The notes under the pieces are model-generated. The model ran no database searches, had not been told where the DNA came from, and was given only the letters and a program-made list of their open reading frames with translations. A DNA stretch of 64,000 nt from Sumerlaeia bacterium (lineage in GTDB: Bacteria > Sumerlaeota > Sumerlaeia > SLMS01 > JAHLLQ01): assembly GCA_040219255.1 (NCBI GenBank), contig JAVJSW010000004.1, forward strand, positions 32,001 to 96,000. Direction: 5' to 3'. Of this stretch, positions 8,764-17,259 are shown piece by piece; the first letter of the stretch is position 1, and each line of letters begins with the position of its first letter. The position numbers and the translations under genes are program-made.

Positions 8764-10797
8764 TTACTGCACCGGAACCAGTTTCCACTGCTGGTTTTGG
8801 CCGCTCAGGTAATCCCATTGGTGAATGTTGCCGCCGTTGGCGGTCGAAATGCCCGAGACATCCAGGGCCTTGTTGCTATGCCGGGCGCGGATCGACACGT
8901 AGCCGCTGCCCACATCCGCCAGAGCCCATTCCTGATTGCCGCCGCCGACGTAATCCCACTGCTGCACGTTCGCGCCATTGGCCGTGGAAACCGCGGAGAC
9001 ATCGAGAGATTTGCCGCTGCCGACGTTGGTGATGCGATAGTACCCGCCGCTGACCTCGACCACGTCCCACTTCTGGAAGTCGCTGCCGGTGTTCGACCAC
9101 TGCTCGACATTGGCGCCGTTGGCGGTCGATGTGTTGGCCACTTGCAGGACCTTGCCGCTGTGGCGCGCTTCGATGTAGTACACATCGGAGCCACCGCCGC
9201 CTCCGCCGCCACCGCCATTGCTGGCGATCGCGACGTTCCAGTCCTGGCCGCTGTTGTTATCCCAGCTCGAGCCGTTGTTGAACACGAAGTTCAGTTCGCT
9301 GCTCGGGTCCGGCAGGGTGATGTCCACAGAGAACGTACCGCCACCCTGGTTGCTCATCGCGACCTGCTGCACGCCGGTCCATCCGTCGAACCCATAGTAG
9401 AGGTTCACGTTTGAGGAGCCCTGAAGCGGACGGCCGTTGGACGGATACCAGACCGTGACGGTTTCGCCTTCGGTGGGGCTGGCCGGGTCCGTGGTGACGG
9501 TCGTGGGGCAGCCTTCGCAGCCCGTGCCACCGCCCCCGCCGCCGCCTCCGCCACCGCTGCCGGTGGTCCAGACGGCGTAGTTCGTCCCCGAAGCGGCCAG
9601 CGACCAATCGCCCGAGGGGGTCCAGTTGCCGGGGCCGATCTTCATCGCCGTGTTGCCGTTGACGATGGCGGCGTAAACGCTGCCGGTGGCCTGCTGGATG
9701 CTGACGGTGGACCCATCGAAAATGCCTTGGGCTTCGCGGATCGCCATCAGTTCATTGATCGCGTTGCGGTGATCCCAGAACCAGTCGTTCCAGAACACAC
9801 AGGGAATGCCCGGGTGCGTCAGGATGTAGGCGTAGCCCTCCATCGTCTTGTTCGTGGGGAAAGGCGGGGTGTACTCGCCGCCGCGGGCCTCTTCCGTGTC
9901 GTGGTTTTCGACAAAGGTCACGGCCTTCTGGGGCCAGGCGCCGATCACGCCAGTGGGCACGCCGTTGTTCGCCAGGCGCCAGTACTCGCCCCGGGTCGTC
10001 GCCAGGTAGAGATTGTTGCGGGTCGGGAAGTCGAACGCGCGCGACGCGCCCTGCGTCGAGTCAATCCAGCCGACCACCGCGCCGGTGTCGTAGTCGAAGA
10101 ACTCGCCGATGGAGATGTAGGGCGAGGACGCATCGTTGTACTCTTTCACGTAGTTGCCGGAGAAACCCTTCACCAGGTCGTAGCGCCAGCCATCGAAGCC
10201 GACGTTGCCGGCGAGCCAGGACTGCCAGTTCTTGATTTCGTTCCGCACGCTCCAGTTCGTGTGATCCAAGTCGCGGGCGGCGCCGTAGGCCTCGCCCGTA
10301 TCCCAATTGCCCGTTTCGCAGCAGTATTCATCGCCCGCCGCCACAGCGGCGTTGTTGTCGGCGAAGGACGGGTTGGTGAAGTCGGCCCAGCCGAACGTGC
10401 CGACCCGGTGGTTCACGACGATGTCCGCGACGCAGAAGATGTTCTGGCCGTGCATAGCCCCGATCGCACCTTGCAACGCACCGATGTTACCGTAGTTCGA
10501 CGTCAGGACGTACCATTCGTTGGGCAGGTAGCCAACGTTGTCGGCCGTCTTGGACGGCGGAGGGAACCAGACGATGTCGAAACCCGCGCCGCCGATGTCA
10601 CCGGCCGCTCCGGCCAGGGTGTTGTACCAGTTTTGGCCCTGATAGCCTTTCCAGGCGTTCCAGTGAAAGCCCTGCAGCATGATCTCGTCGCCCGTTTCCG
10701 CCTGAGCGGAAGTGCCGGCGAGCGGTGCGCCGGCGAGCAGCGCGCCGGACAGGAGGCCTGCGGTAAGGGTGGTGGCGAGTGTCTTCATCATGGTCAT
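8764..10797 (-). CDS. Secreted GH13 alpha-amylase with starch-binding CBM (CBM25/53-like) and ricin-B lectin domain
   Basis: Signal peptide; LQGFHW, DIVVNHR, GWRYDLVKG, GEFFD and TFVENHD; Gly linkers; FVFNNGSSWDNN; QxW repeats at the C-terminus. Confidence 0.93.
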   Translation of the reverse strand: MTMMKTLATTLTAGLLSGALLAGAPLAGTSAQAETGDEIMLQGFHWNAWKGYQGQNWYNTLAGAAGDIGGAGFDIVWFPPPSKTADNVGYLPNEWYVLTSNYGNIGALQGAIGAMHGQNIFCVADIVVNHRVGTFGWADFTNPSFADNNAAVAAGDEYCCETGNWDTGEAYGAARDLDHTNWSVRNEIKNWQSWLAGNVGFDGWRYDLVKGFSGNYVKEYNDASSPYISIGEFFDYDTGAVVGWIDSTQGASRAFDFPTRNNLYLATTRGEYWRLANNGVPTGVIGAWPQKAVTFVENHDTEEARGGEYTPPFPTNKTMEGYAYILTHPGIPCVFWNDWFWDHRNAINELMAIREAQGIFDGSTVSIQQATGSVYAAIVNGNTAMKIGPGNWTPSGDWSLAASGTNYAVWTTGSGGGGGGGGGGTGCEGCPTTVTTDPASPTEGETVTVWYPSNGRPLQGSSNVNLYYGFDGWTGVQQVAMSNQGGGTFSVDITLPDPSSELNFVFNNGSSWDNNSGQDWNVAIASNGGGGGGGGGSDVYYIEARHSGKVLQVANTSTANGANVEQWSNTGSDFQKWDVVEVSGGYYRITNVGSGKSLDVSAVSTANGANVQQWDYVGGGNQEWALADVGSGYVSIRARHSNKALDVSGISTANGGNIHQWDYLSGQNQQWKLVPVQ

Positions 10798-10950
10798 ATC
10801 TCCCTGTGGTGAGTGAAGGTCGGAATGGGAAGGAAGGCCGTGAGAGTGGCCCTGGGTGAGTTTTCGATCGAGATTGAGCGACTCCGAGTTTGCAAAACCC
10901 GTTTGTAACAACCGAGCGACGCTTGTTGTCGCGTTCAAGAAAAGGCCTTA

Positions 10951-11110
10951 CATAGCGCTTTATCGTCTTGCAAGGAATTTTTCCACATTTTCGATGAAAA
11001 AATCGGACTGCCTTGAAAATCGCCAAAAACAAAAGCGCTCTGCGTCCTGGTAAAGCGCTTTCTAAGAGCGTGTGCGGAGGCAATGGCTCGTCACGCGATG
11101 AAGCGCTTCA
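10951..11110. promoter_or_regulatory. Cluster of AGCGCT-centred palindromes, LacI/cre-like operators
   Basis: catagcgctttat (10951), aaaagcgctctg (11031), taaagcgctttc (11051) and tgaagcgcttca (11099), upstream of the amylase gene. Confidence 0.45.
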
Positions 11111-11264
11111 GGGGTGCGGATCGTTGGAGCGAAGAAAAGGCGGACGAGGGAGCCCGATTGGACTTGCAATCCGCGCTCGTCTCGATAGGATACCTCTGCC
11201 GTGCGGAAGTGCGGCCGTTTCATCCGGTTGCCGCTCTAGCGAACGCGGCCGCCGGGCTATCTGT

Positions 11265-11654
11265 GGGGCCGTCGGGTTTCGACGGAGGCTAGCGGAGAGT
11301 GTGATGATTCGGGCCGAGGATGATCGTTGGCCTCGTAAAATAACCGGTCGAACCAATAACTGTCGCCAATGTGGTAGACATCGCTCCTCAGCCGGTGGCT
11401 CTCGCCGCCTAACTGAGGTGGGGTCCGCTGGAGACCTAGCAACAGAATTCCGGCCCTGGTTCCGCCAAGGTTAAAGCGGGAGTTCAGACACCTCGGACAG
11501 ACGGGGTGACAGATCCGGAAAGACGGGTGGACAGCCTGGAGAGACAGGCACCCATAGGCTTGCCGCCGAGCCTCTAAACTGAGCGGCTACGCCCGTGAAC
11601 GAGTTGCACTTGAAGAGTCTTCGGACGGGGGTTCAACTCCCCCCGGCTCCACCA
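11265..11654 (+). ncRNA. ssrA: tmRNA
   Basis: 5' GGGGCCG...TTCGAC; 3' GGGGGTTCAACTCCCCC-CGGCTCC-ACCA with G3:U; internal tag ORF 11362-11412 encoding VANVVDIAPQPVALAA*. Confidence 0.96.
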
Positions 11655-12162
11655 ATTTATCTCAACCCAGCGCTTCGCTCTCCCCCCTCAACCCTCTTCG
11701 GCCTCAAGGGCTCCTTCGCTTAGGCGACCGCCCCCCAACCGGGTTCAGCAAGGAAACCAGAGTTTCCAGGAGTACCGTTTCCAGGAGCACCATGCTCCGC
11801 ATTTTTTGAAGAAACCACTCTGCATGGGGAAGTTTCTCCGAAATGGCGAGCGCTTTCCAGAGCGCCATGAACCACGCATCCCAGGGAAGACTTGGCACGC
11901 CCTTCAGCATCCATCCAGAACTGGATAAACGCGCGGCTCCATCAGAATACCTCACGCTGGGCCACCGAAGAGCGATACGAGGATTTTAGGCAAGCCCTGG
12001 AAAAGCAGGTCATGGAGGTTTCATACCCCCCACTCTGTAAACTCGATGGCCGGATGTGTCGATGGGGATAGGCAGGCAGGGAACTGCCACTGGGACGGCG
12101 AGCGCGTGATCCCGGAACGCCGCGCCAACGATTTGCTGTGATTGCACTTGCGCTGGCTGGGG

Positions 12163-12196
12163 AAAAAGAAAAAGCGGCCCCCGGAGAGGCCGCTTT
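12163..12196 (-). terminator. Intrinsic terminator downstream of tRNA-Asn
   Basis: aaagcggcc...ggccgcttt stem preceded by an A-run, which is the U-tract on the minus strand. Confidence 0.7.
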
Positions 12197-12212
12197 GTGC
12201 GATTTCGAGAAA

Positions 12213-12288
12213 TGGCTCCTGCGGTTGGACTCGAACCAACAACCGTTCGGTTAACAGCCGAATGCTCTACCGATTGAGCTACACAGGA
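12213..12288 (-). tRNA. tRNA-Asn(GTT)
   Basis: Reverse complement TCCTGTGTAGCTCAATCGGTAGAGCATTCGGCTGTTAACCGAACGGTTGTTGGTTCGAGTCCAACCGCAGGAGCCA, 76 nt with encoded CCA. Confidence 0.97.
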
Positions 12289-12403
12289 GCAGGATCTTTG
12301 TTGAGAGCGTTCCCAACGAAGGAGGAGTTGTTTGCCGCAGGTGGCGGCGGTCTGTCAAGGGGCGAATCGGTTTTTTTTTCGTCCCTGGATGAGCCTTCGC
12401 GGG

Positions 12404-14821
12404 TTAGCGCAGTTCCGCGCCGAAGCGTTTGCCGAGGGCCTCGACGCATTGTTTCACGGCGTCGTTGACCTCGTCGTCTTTGAGGGTGCGATCCGGCGCG
12501 CGGAAGGTGAGCGAGAAGGCGAGCGAGCGCTTGCCTTCGGGGACGCCCTGGCCCTCGTACACGTCGAAGAGGGCGACGGACTCGAGGAGGTCGCGGGCCG
12601 CCGAGCGAATGGTGCGTTCGATGTCCTGGGCCGCGACGGTGCGGTTGGCGACAATGGCCAGATCCCGCTTCACGGCCATCTGCGTGGGCAGGTCTTTGAA
12701 TTTGGTCTCGCCGAGGATTTCCAGCAAGTCGCCGCCGAGGGGAATCTCGAGGACGTAGACGCGCTTCTTCAGGTCGAGTTCCTTGGCGATGGCGGGGTGC
12801 AGTTCGCCCACCACGGCCAGACGCGTTTTGCCTTTGGTGAGGGCGGCGCCCCGGCCCGGGTGGAGCCACGGCACATCCTTCACCGCTTCGACGCCGGTGC
12901 GGGGAATGCCGAGGTCGGCGAGCAGCAACTCGGCCACGCCCTTGGCGTCGTAGAAATCGAAGGGGCGGTCCTTGGCGCGCCAGTCGCCGGGGGCTTCTCC
13001 GCCGAGCAGTACGCAGAGCATGTTGGGTTCGTCGGTGGCGACATCGAGGGTTTTCTTGTCCTCGCCCTCCTCGTCCCATTCGGCGGCTTTCCAGGCGTAA
13101 GTGCGGCCGATTTCGAAGAGCATGGCCGAGGGCTGGAAGTTGTTGAAGTTATGCACCGCGTTGGTCAGCAGGCTGGGCACCAGGGAGCGCCGCATGACGC
13201 CCTGATCCTGGGTCAGGGGGTTGAGGACGGCGATGCTGCGGGCGTCGCTGGCTCCGGCGAGGACGTTGGCGCCCTCGGACACGAAGGCGAAGTTCACGAC
13301 CTGGCAGAAGCCGCGGCCGATCAGGCTGGTGGTGAGGCGGTCTTCGATAACGCGGCTCGGGGGCAGGGCCTCGTTCGTCATCTGGTACTGGGGCAGCTTG
13401 GCGACGATTTTGCCGTAGCCATGGATGCGGGCAATCTCCTCGATCAGGTCCACCTCGATGGTGACGTCGGGGCGGTGCGAAGCGGCCTGGACGACGAGCT
13501 GCTCCTTGTCCACGCGGTGGATTTCAAAGCCGAGGCGCTGGAGGATATCGCTCATTTCGCGGCCCGTCAGGTTCAGCCCGGTCAGGGCGCGGAAGCGTTC
13601 AATGCGCAGCGGAATCAGTTCGAGCTTGGGCAGTTGGGCTCCGCCGACATCGATGAAACTTTGCAGGACTTGGCCGCCGGCCAGTTCCTGAATCAGTTGC
13701 GCCGCGCGGTGGAGGGCGACGGTGAGTTTGCGGGCGTCGGTACCGCGCTCGAAGCGATAGCTGGCGTCCGTGCTCTTGCCCAGGCGCTTGGCCGTCTTGC
13801 GGATCGTGGCGGGGTGGAAGTAGGCGGCCTCCAGCAGCACGTTCGTCGTGCCGTCGCTGATTTCCGTCTCGCCGCCGCCCATGATTCCGGCCAGGGCGAT
13901 GGGCTTTTCCGGGTCGGCGATCAGGAGATCGGTGGGCTCGAGAAGGGCCACGGTGTCGTCCAGGAGCCTCATCTTCTCGCCCGGCTTGGCGCGGCGCACG
14001 ACGACGGTCTTGCGGGCCAGGGTGTCGAGATCGAAGGCATGGAGCGGATGGCCCAGTTCCAGCATGACGTAGTTCGTGACGTCCACCACGTTGTTGCGGG
14101 GGCGCAGGCCGGCGGCTTCCAGGCGGCGCTGCATCCAGATGGGGCTGGGGCCGATAGTGACGCCCTTGATGACGCGGGCGCAGTAGCGCGGGCAGTCGGA
14201 TTTGGCGGCGGGTTCGACGGTGATGCGGGCTTCGCTGTCGGCGGAGGTGGTGGATTCGGGGAATTTGACTTCCGGCAGAGTCACCGGCGCGCCCGTCTTG
14301 GCCGAGAGATCGCGCGCCACGCCCACCAGCGACAGCGCGTCCGGGCGGTTCGGCGTCACGCCGATTTCGATCAACGCGTCGAAGGGCTCGCCCACTGGCA
14401 TCGTCTCCGGCAAAAGCCAGATGCCGTCCGAGTCCTCCGCAGCGCCCAATTCCTTCGCGCTGCACATCATGCCCTGGCTCGCGACGCCGCGGATGGATGT
14501 CGGCTTCAGCGTCATACCGTTGGGCAGGGTGGCCCCCAGCTTGGCCAGCGGCACGTGCTGGCCGACGGCGATGTTGCTGGCGCCACAGACGATCTGCAGC
14601 GGCTCGGGGTCGTCGCCCTGAACCTTGCAAACGGAGAGCTTGTCGGCGTCCGGGTGGCGTTTCAGTTCCAGGATTTTGCCGACCACGACCTGGCCGCTCG
14701 CGGCGCCGAGATCGATCGTTTCCTCGACCTCGAGCCCACACATGGTCAGCGCGTCGGCGATTTCCGCCAGCGAGAGGTCGGTCTTGATGTAATCGCGCAG
14801 CCAGCGCAGGTTGAATCGCAT
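12404..14821 (-). CDS. pheT: Phenylalanine--tRNA ligase beta subunit
   Basis: HPDADKL, IVCGASN, TPNRPDALS, ASYRFERG, DLIEEIAR and C-terminal FDX-ACB domain. Confidence 0.98.
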   Translation of the reverse strand: MRFNLRWLRDYIKTDLSLAEIADALTMCGLEVEETIDLGAASGQVVVGKILELKRHPDADKLSVCKVQGDDPEPLQIVCGASNIAVGQHVPLAKLGATLPNGMTLKPTSIRGVASQGMMCSAKELGAAEDSDGIWLLPETMPVGEPFDALIEIGVTPNRPDALSLVGVARDLSAKTGAPVTLPEVKFPESTTSADSEARITVEPAAKSDCPRYCARVIKGVTIGPSPIWMQRRLEAAGLRPRNNVVDVTNYVMLELGHPLHAFDLDTLARKTVVVRRAKPGEKMRLLDDTVALLEPTDLLIADPEKPIALAGIMGGGETEISDGTTNVLLEAAYFHPATIRKTAKRLGKSTDASYRFERGTDARKLTVALHRAAQLIQELAGGQVLQSFIDVGGAQLPKLELIPLRIERFRALTGLNLTGREMSDILQRLGFEIHRVDKEQLVVQAASHRPDVTIEVDLIEEIARIHGYGKIVAKLPQYQMTNEALPPSRVIEDRLTTSLIGRGFCQVVNFAFVSEGANVLAGASDARSIAVLNPLTQDQGVMRRSLVPSLLTNAVHNFNNFQPSAMLFEIGRTYAWKAAEWDEEGEDKKTLDVATDEPNMLCVLLGGEAPGDWRAKDRPFDFYDAKGVAELLLADLGIPRTGVEAVKDVPWLHPGRGAALTKGKTRLAVVGELHPAIAKELDLKKRVYVLEIPLGGDLLEILGETKFKDLPTQMAVKRDLAIVANRTVAAQDIERTIRSAARDLLESVALFDVYEGQGVPEGKRSLAFSLTFRAPDRTLKDDEVNDAVKQCVEALGKRFGAELR

Positions 14822-14847
14822 AGTCGTTTCTCGAAATCGCTCCTGGA

Positions 14848-15534
14848 TCAGGGCAGGGTGGAGATTTTCACTCTTTGATCGTCAGCGGTATCCATATCGC
14901 CGTCCTTGCCGGCCTCGACAAGATAGAATGTGGTCTCGTCAACACGCTCATAGACAGGGAAATATGCACTGTATGATATTACATCTCTAATCATGCGGTT
15001 GCCTTCCTCGTTGGAGGGGAGCGGATTCGTCGCGTCGAAACCATGCATATCGACGAAATCTAGGCCGAGTTCCACAAGACCTTCGCGAATGTAATCAGGC
15101 AATTCATCTTTGTAAATGGAGGCATTGTGACCCCCATCACGAAGTGCTTCCAATTCAGCGTCGCTGAGATAAGACTCCTGAATAGCCGAATCGAGGTGCT
15201 TTCTCCCAGTATAACCCTCATAGAATCCGAGGGAAATCGGAATGATCATTAGCAAGAACAAAAAAATTCCAATAATTCCCAAAACCAGTCCGGCGATTGC
15301 AAGTCCCTTGTTGGGTTTTCTTAGTCCGAAACAGCTGACTATAATCGCGATCGGCGAAATCAACCCAGCGCAAATTACGATGCTCACTAGAGATAAAATA
15401 AGACCCACCAACCCAGGCACATTCATCTCTACCTGAGGAGGCTTGGTGTAGGCATAAGGCTGTTGTGGATAGGGGGAATTCGGCGCCTGGTATCTTGGCG
15501 CGTTTGGCCCTTCGGCAGGATCCGGTTGCGTCAT
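14848..15534 (-). CDS. DUF4190-like membrane protein with GspG-like C-terminal motif (low GC)
   Basis: P/Q/Y-rich N-terminus, GLAIAGLVLGIIG TM motif, C-terminal FYLVEAGKDGDMDTADD. Confidence 0.65.
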   Translation of the reverse strand: MTQPDPAEGPNAPRYQAPNSPYPQQPYAYTKPPQVEMNVPGLVGLILSLVSIVICAGLISPIAIIVSCFGLRKPNKGLAIAGLVLGIIGIFLFLLMIIPISLGFYEGYTGRKHLDSAIQESYLSDAELEALRDGGHNASIYKDELPDYIREGLVELGLDFVDMHGFDATNPLPSNEEGNRMIRDVISYSAYFPVYERVDETTFYLVEAGKDGDMDTADDQRVKISTLP

Positions 15535-15914
15535 CTATTCTTCCCAAACGGCAACTGCTGGATCTTGTTCTTCGCGTCATCCAGGCCTTCCTGCTTCATC
15601 TCCTGATCGCCTTCGTCAAGGTACTCCTCGACGTCGTACTCGTTGCGGTCGCCGAAGGTGTAGTCGTCTTCGATGGCTTGCGCTTCCGCGTCTTCGGCGA
15701 CAGAGGCGCGGGGTGGCGGGCGGCGGGGGGCCGATTCTTCGAATTCGCCGTCCTCCATGCCTTGAACGGAGAAGGAGCCTTCGGGAGCACCGGCGCTTTG
15801 CTGCATGGTTTCGAGGGAGCGGGCTGGCGCGGGCTGGGCCGTCAGGAGGCGGAAACCGGCCACGCCGAACAGGACGACGTTCACGAACACCAGAATGAGG
15901 CAGAGGATCTTCAT
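15531..15914 (-). CDS. Hypothetical protein with N-terminal anchor and acidic tail
   Basis: 127-aa ORF between pheS and the next gene, overlapping it by 4 bp; hydrophobic N-terminus. Confidence 0.7.
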   Translation of the reverse strand: MKILCLILVFVNVVLFGVAGFRLLTAQPAPARSLETMQQSAGAPEGSFSVQGMEDGEFEESAPRRPPPRASVAEDAEAQAIEDDYTFGDRNEYDVEEYLDEGDQEMKQEGLDDAKNKIQQLPFGKNR

Positions 15915-15945
15915 GCGGAGGGGCCCCTTTTCGCAGGCGCGGAGT

Positions 15946-17031
15946 TTAGAACTGGGTCAAGAATCGCAGGTCGTTTTCGTAAAGCAATCGAATGTCTTTG
16001 ATGCCATACTTCAGCATCGCGATGCGGTCAATGCCCAGGCCGAAGGCAAAGCCGGTCCATTCCTCGGGATCGATGCCGCAATTCTTCAGCACGTTCGGGT
16101 GGATCATGCCGCAGCCCAGGATTTCCATCCATTGCATGTCCGGGTCGCCGACCTTGGCGGCGCCGCCCTTTTCGCGGTTCCAGCCGATGTCCACCTCGGC
16201 GCTCGGTTCGGTGAAGGGGAAGAACGACGGGCGGAACTGCACGGCCGTGTCCGGGCCGTAGAGCGCGTGGACGAACTCCATCAGGACGCCCTTGAGGTGC
16301 GCCATCGAGACATTGCGATCGACCAGGAACCCTTCCATCTGCATGAACATGGGCGAGTGCGTCGGGTCGCTGTCGCAGCGATAGACGCGGCCCGTGCTGA
16401 TGACCGCCATGGGGGGCTTGCCGGTCATCATGGTGCGGATCTGATTGCCCGACGTATGCGTCCGCAGCACCCGGCCGCGGTCGGTAAAGAACGTGTCCTG
16501 CATATCGCGGGCGGGGTGATCGGAGGCGATGTTCAGCGCGTCGAAATTGACCCACTCGCTCTCGATTTCCGGCCCCTCGACAATGCGGAAGCCCATGTTG
16601 CGGAAGATGCCTTCGACCTGGCGCCGGGTTTGCAGCAGCGGGTGCATGTGCCCCAGGGGCACGGCGGCGCCGGGCATGGTGACGTCGATGGCTTCGGCGA
16701 CGAGGCGCTGCTCCAGCTCTTTGGCTTCCAGTTCCTCGCGCCGTTCTTTTTCCAGGCGGATGATCTGGGCCTTGTGCTGGTTCAGGATCTTGCCCGCGAT
16801 GGGGATTTCCTGCTGCGGCAGCTCCTTGAAGCGCCGGTTCATGTCCGCCAGCTTGCCCTTCTTGCCGAGCCATTCGATGCGGGCTTCGTCGAGCGCTTTC
16901 ATGTCGTCGGCGCTGGCGAAGTCGGCCTGGGCCAGGGGCGTCAACTTCTTGAAATCGGCCATAAGGGCCTGGAGCCCGGGCGAGGCGTCCGTAGGCGCGG
17001 CGGGGGATTCGGTCTGGGTCGTGTCGGCCAT
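15946..17031 (-). CDS. pheS: Phenylalanine--tRNA ligase alpha subunit
   Basis: HPARDMQDTF, LRTHTS, FRPSFFPFTEPS, GFAFGLGIDRIAML and ENDLRFL. Confidence 0.98.
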   Translation of the reverse strand: MADTTQTESPAAPTDASPGLQALMADFKKLTPLAQADFASADDMKALDEARIEWLGKKGKLADMNRRFKELPQQEIPIAGKILNQHKAQIIRLEKERREELEAKELEQRLVAEAIDVTMPGAAVPLGHMHPLLQTRRQVEGIFRNMGFRIVEGPEIESEWVNFDALNIASDHPARDMQDTFFTDRGRVLRTHTSGNQIRTMMTGKPPMAVISTGRVYRCDSDPTHSPMFMQMEGFLVDRNVSMAHLKGVLMEFVHALYGPDTAVQFRPSFFPFTEPSAEVDIGWNREKGGAAKVGDPDMQWMEILGCGMIHPNVLKNCGIDPEEWTGFAFGLGIDRIAMLKYGIKDIRLLYENDLRFLTQF

Positions 17032-17259
17032 GGGTTCGGCGGTCACTCGGCGGGATTCAAGGATGGAGGCCGGAGTAAAAACAGGCCTGGTGCCCGCGCC
17101 AGCGGGGGCTGGCGAAGGCTTCGCCACTGTTCGGTTTCCGCCCCGAGGCCGTCAAAGGATTTCTCCCGCGCGCGATTGGCGGCTCTAGGACGGAGACGGT
17201 CCGCGCTTCGGCCTTGCCAAGGGGCGGCGGCGGCGATCATGAATAATATGCGGCTTTAG

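Noticed and set aside
11156-11175. ggacttgcaatcc resembling a tRNA anticodon arm
   Set aside because: No D arm, TTC loop or acceptor stem in the correct register; not a tRNA.
12332-14878. 848-aa plus-strand ORF
   Set aside because: Antisense shadow of pheT, typical of high-GC codon bias.
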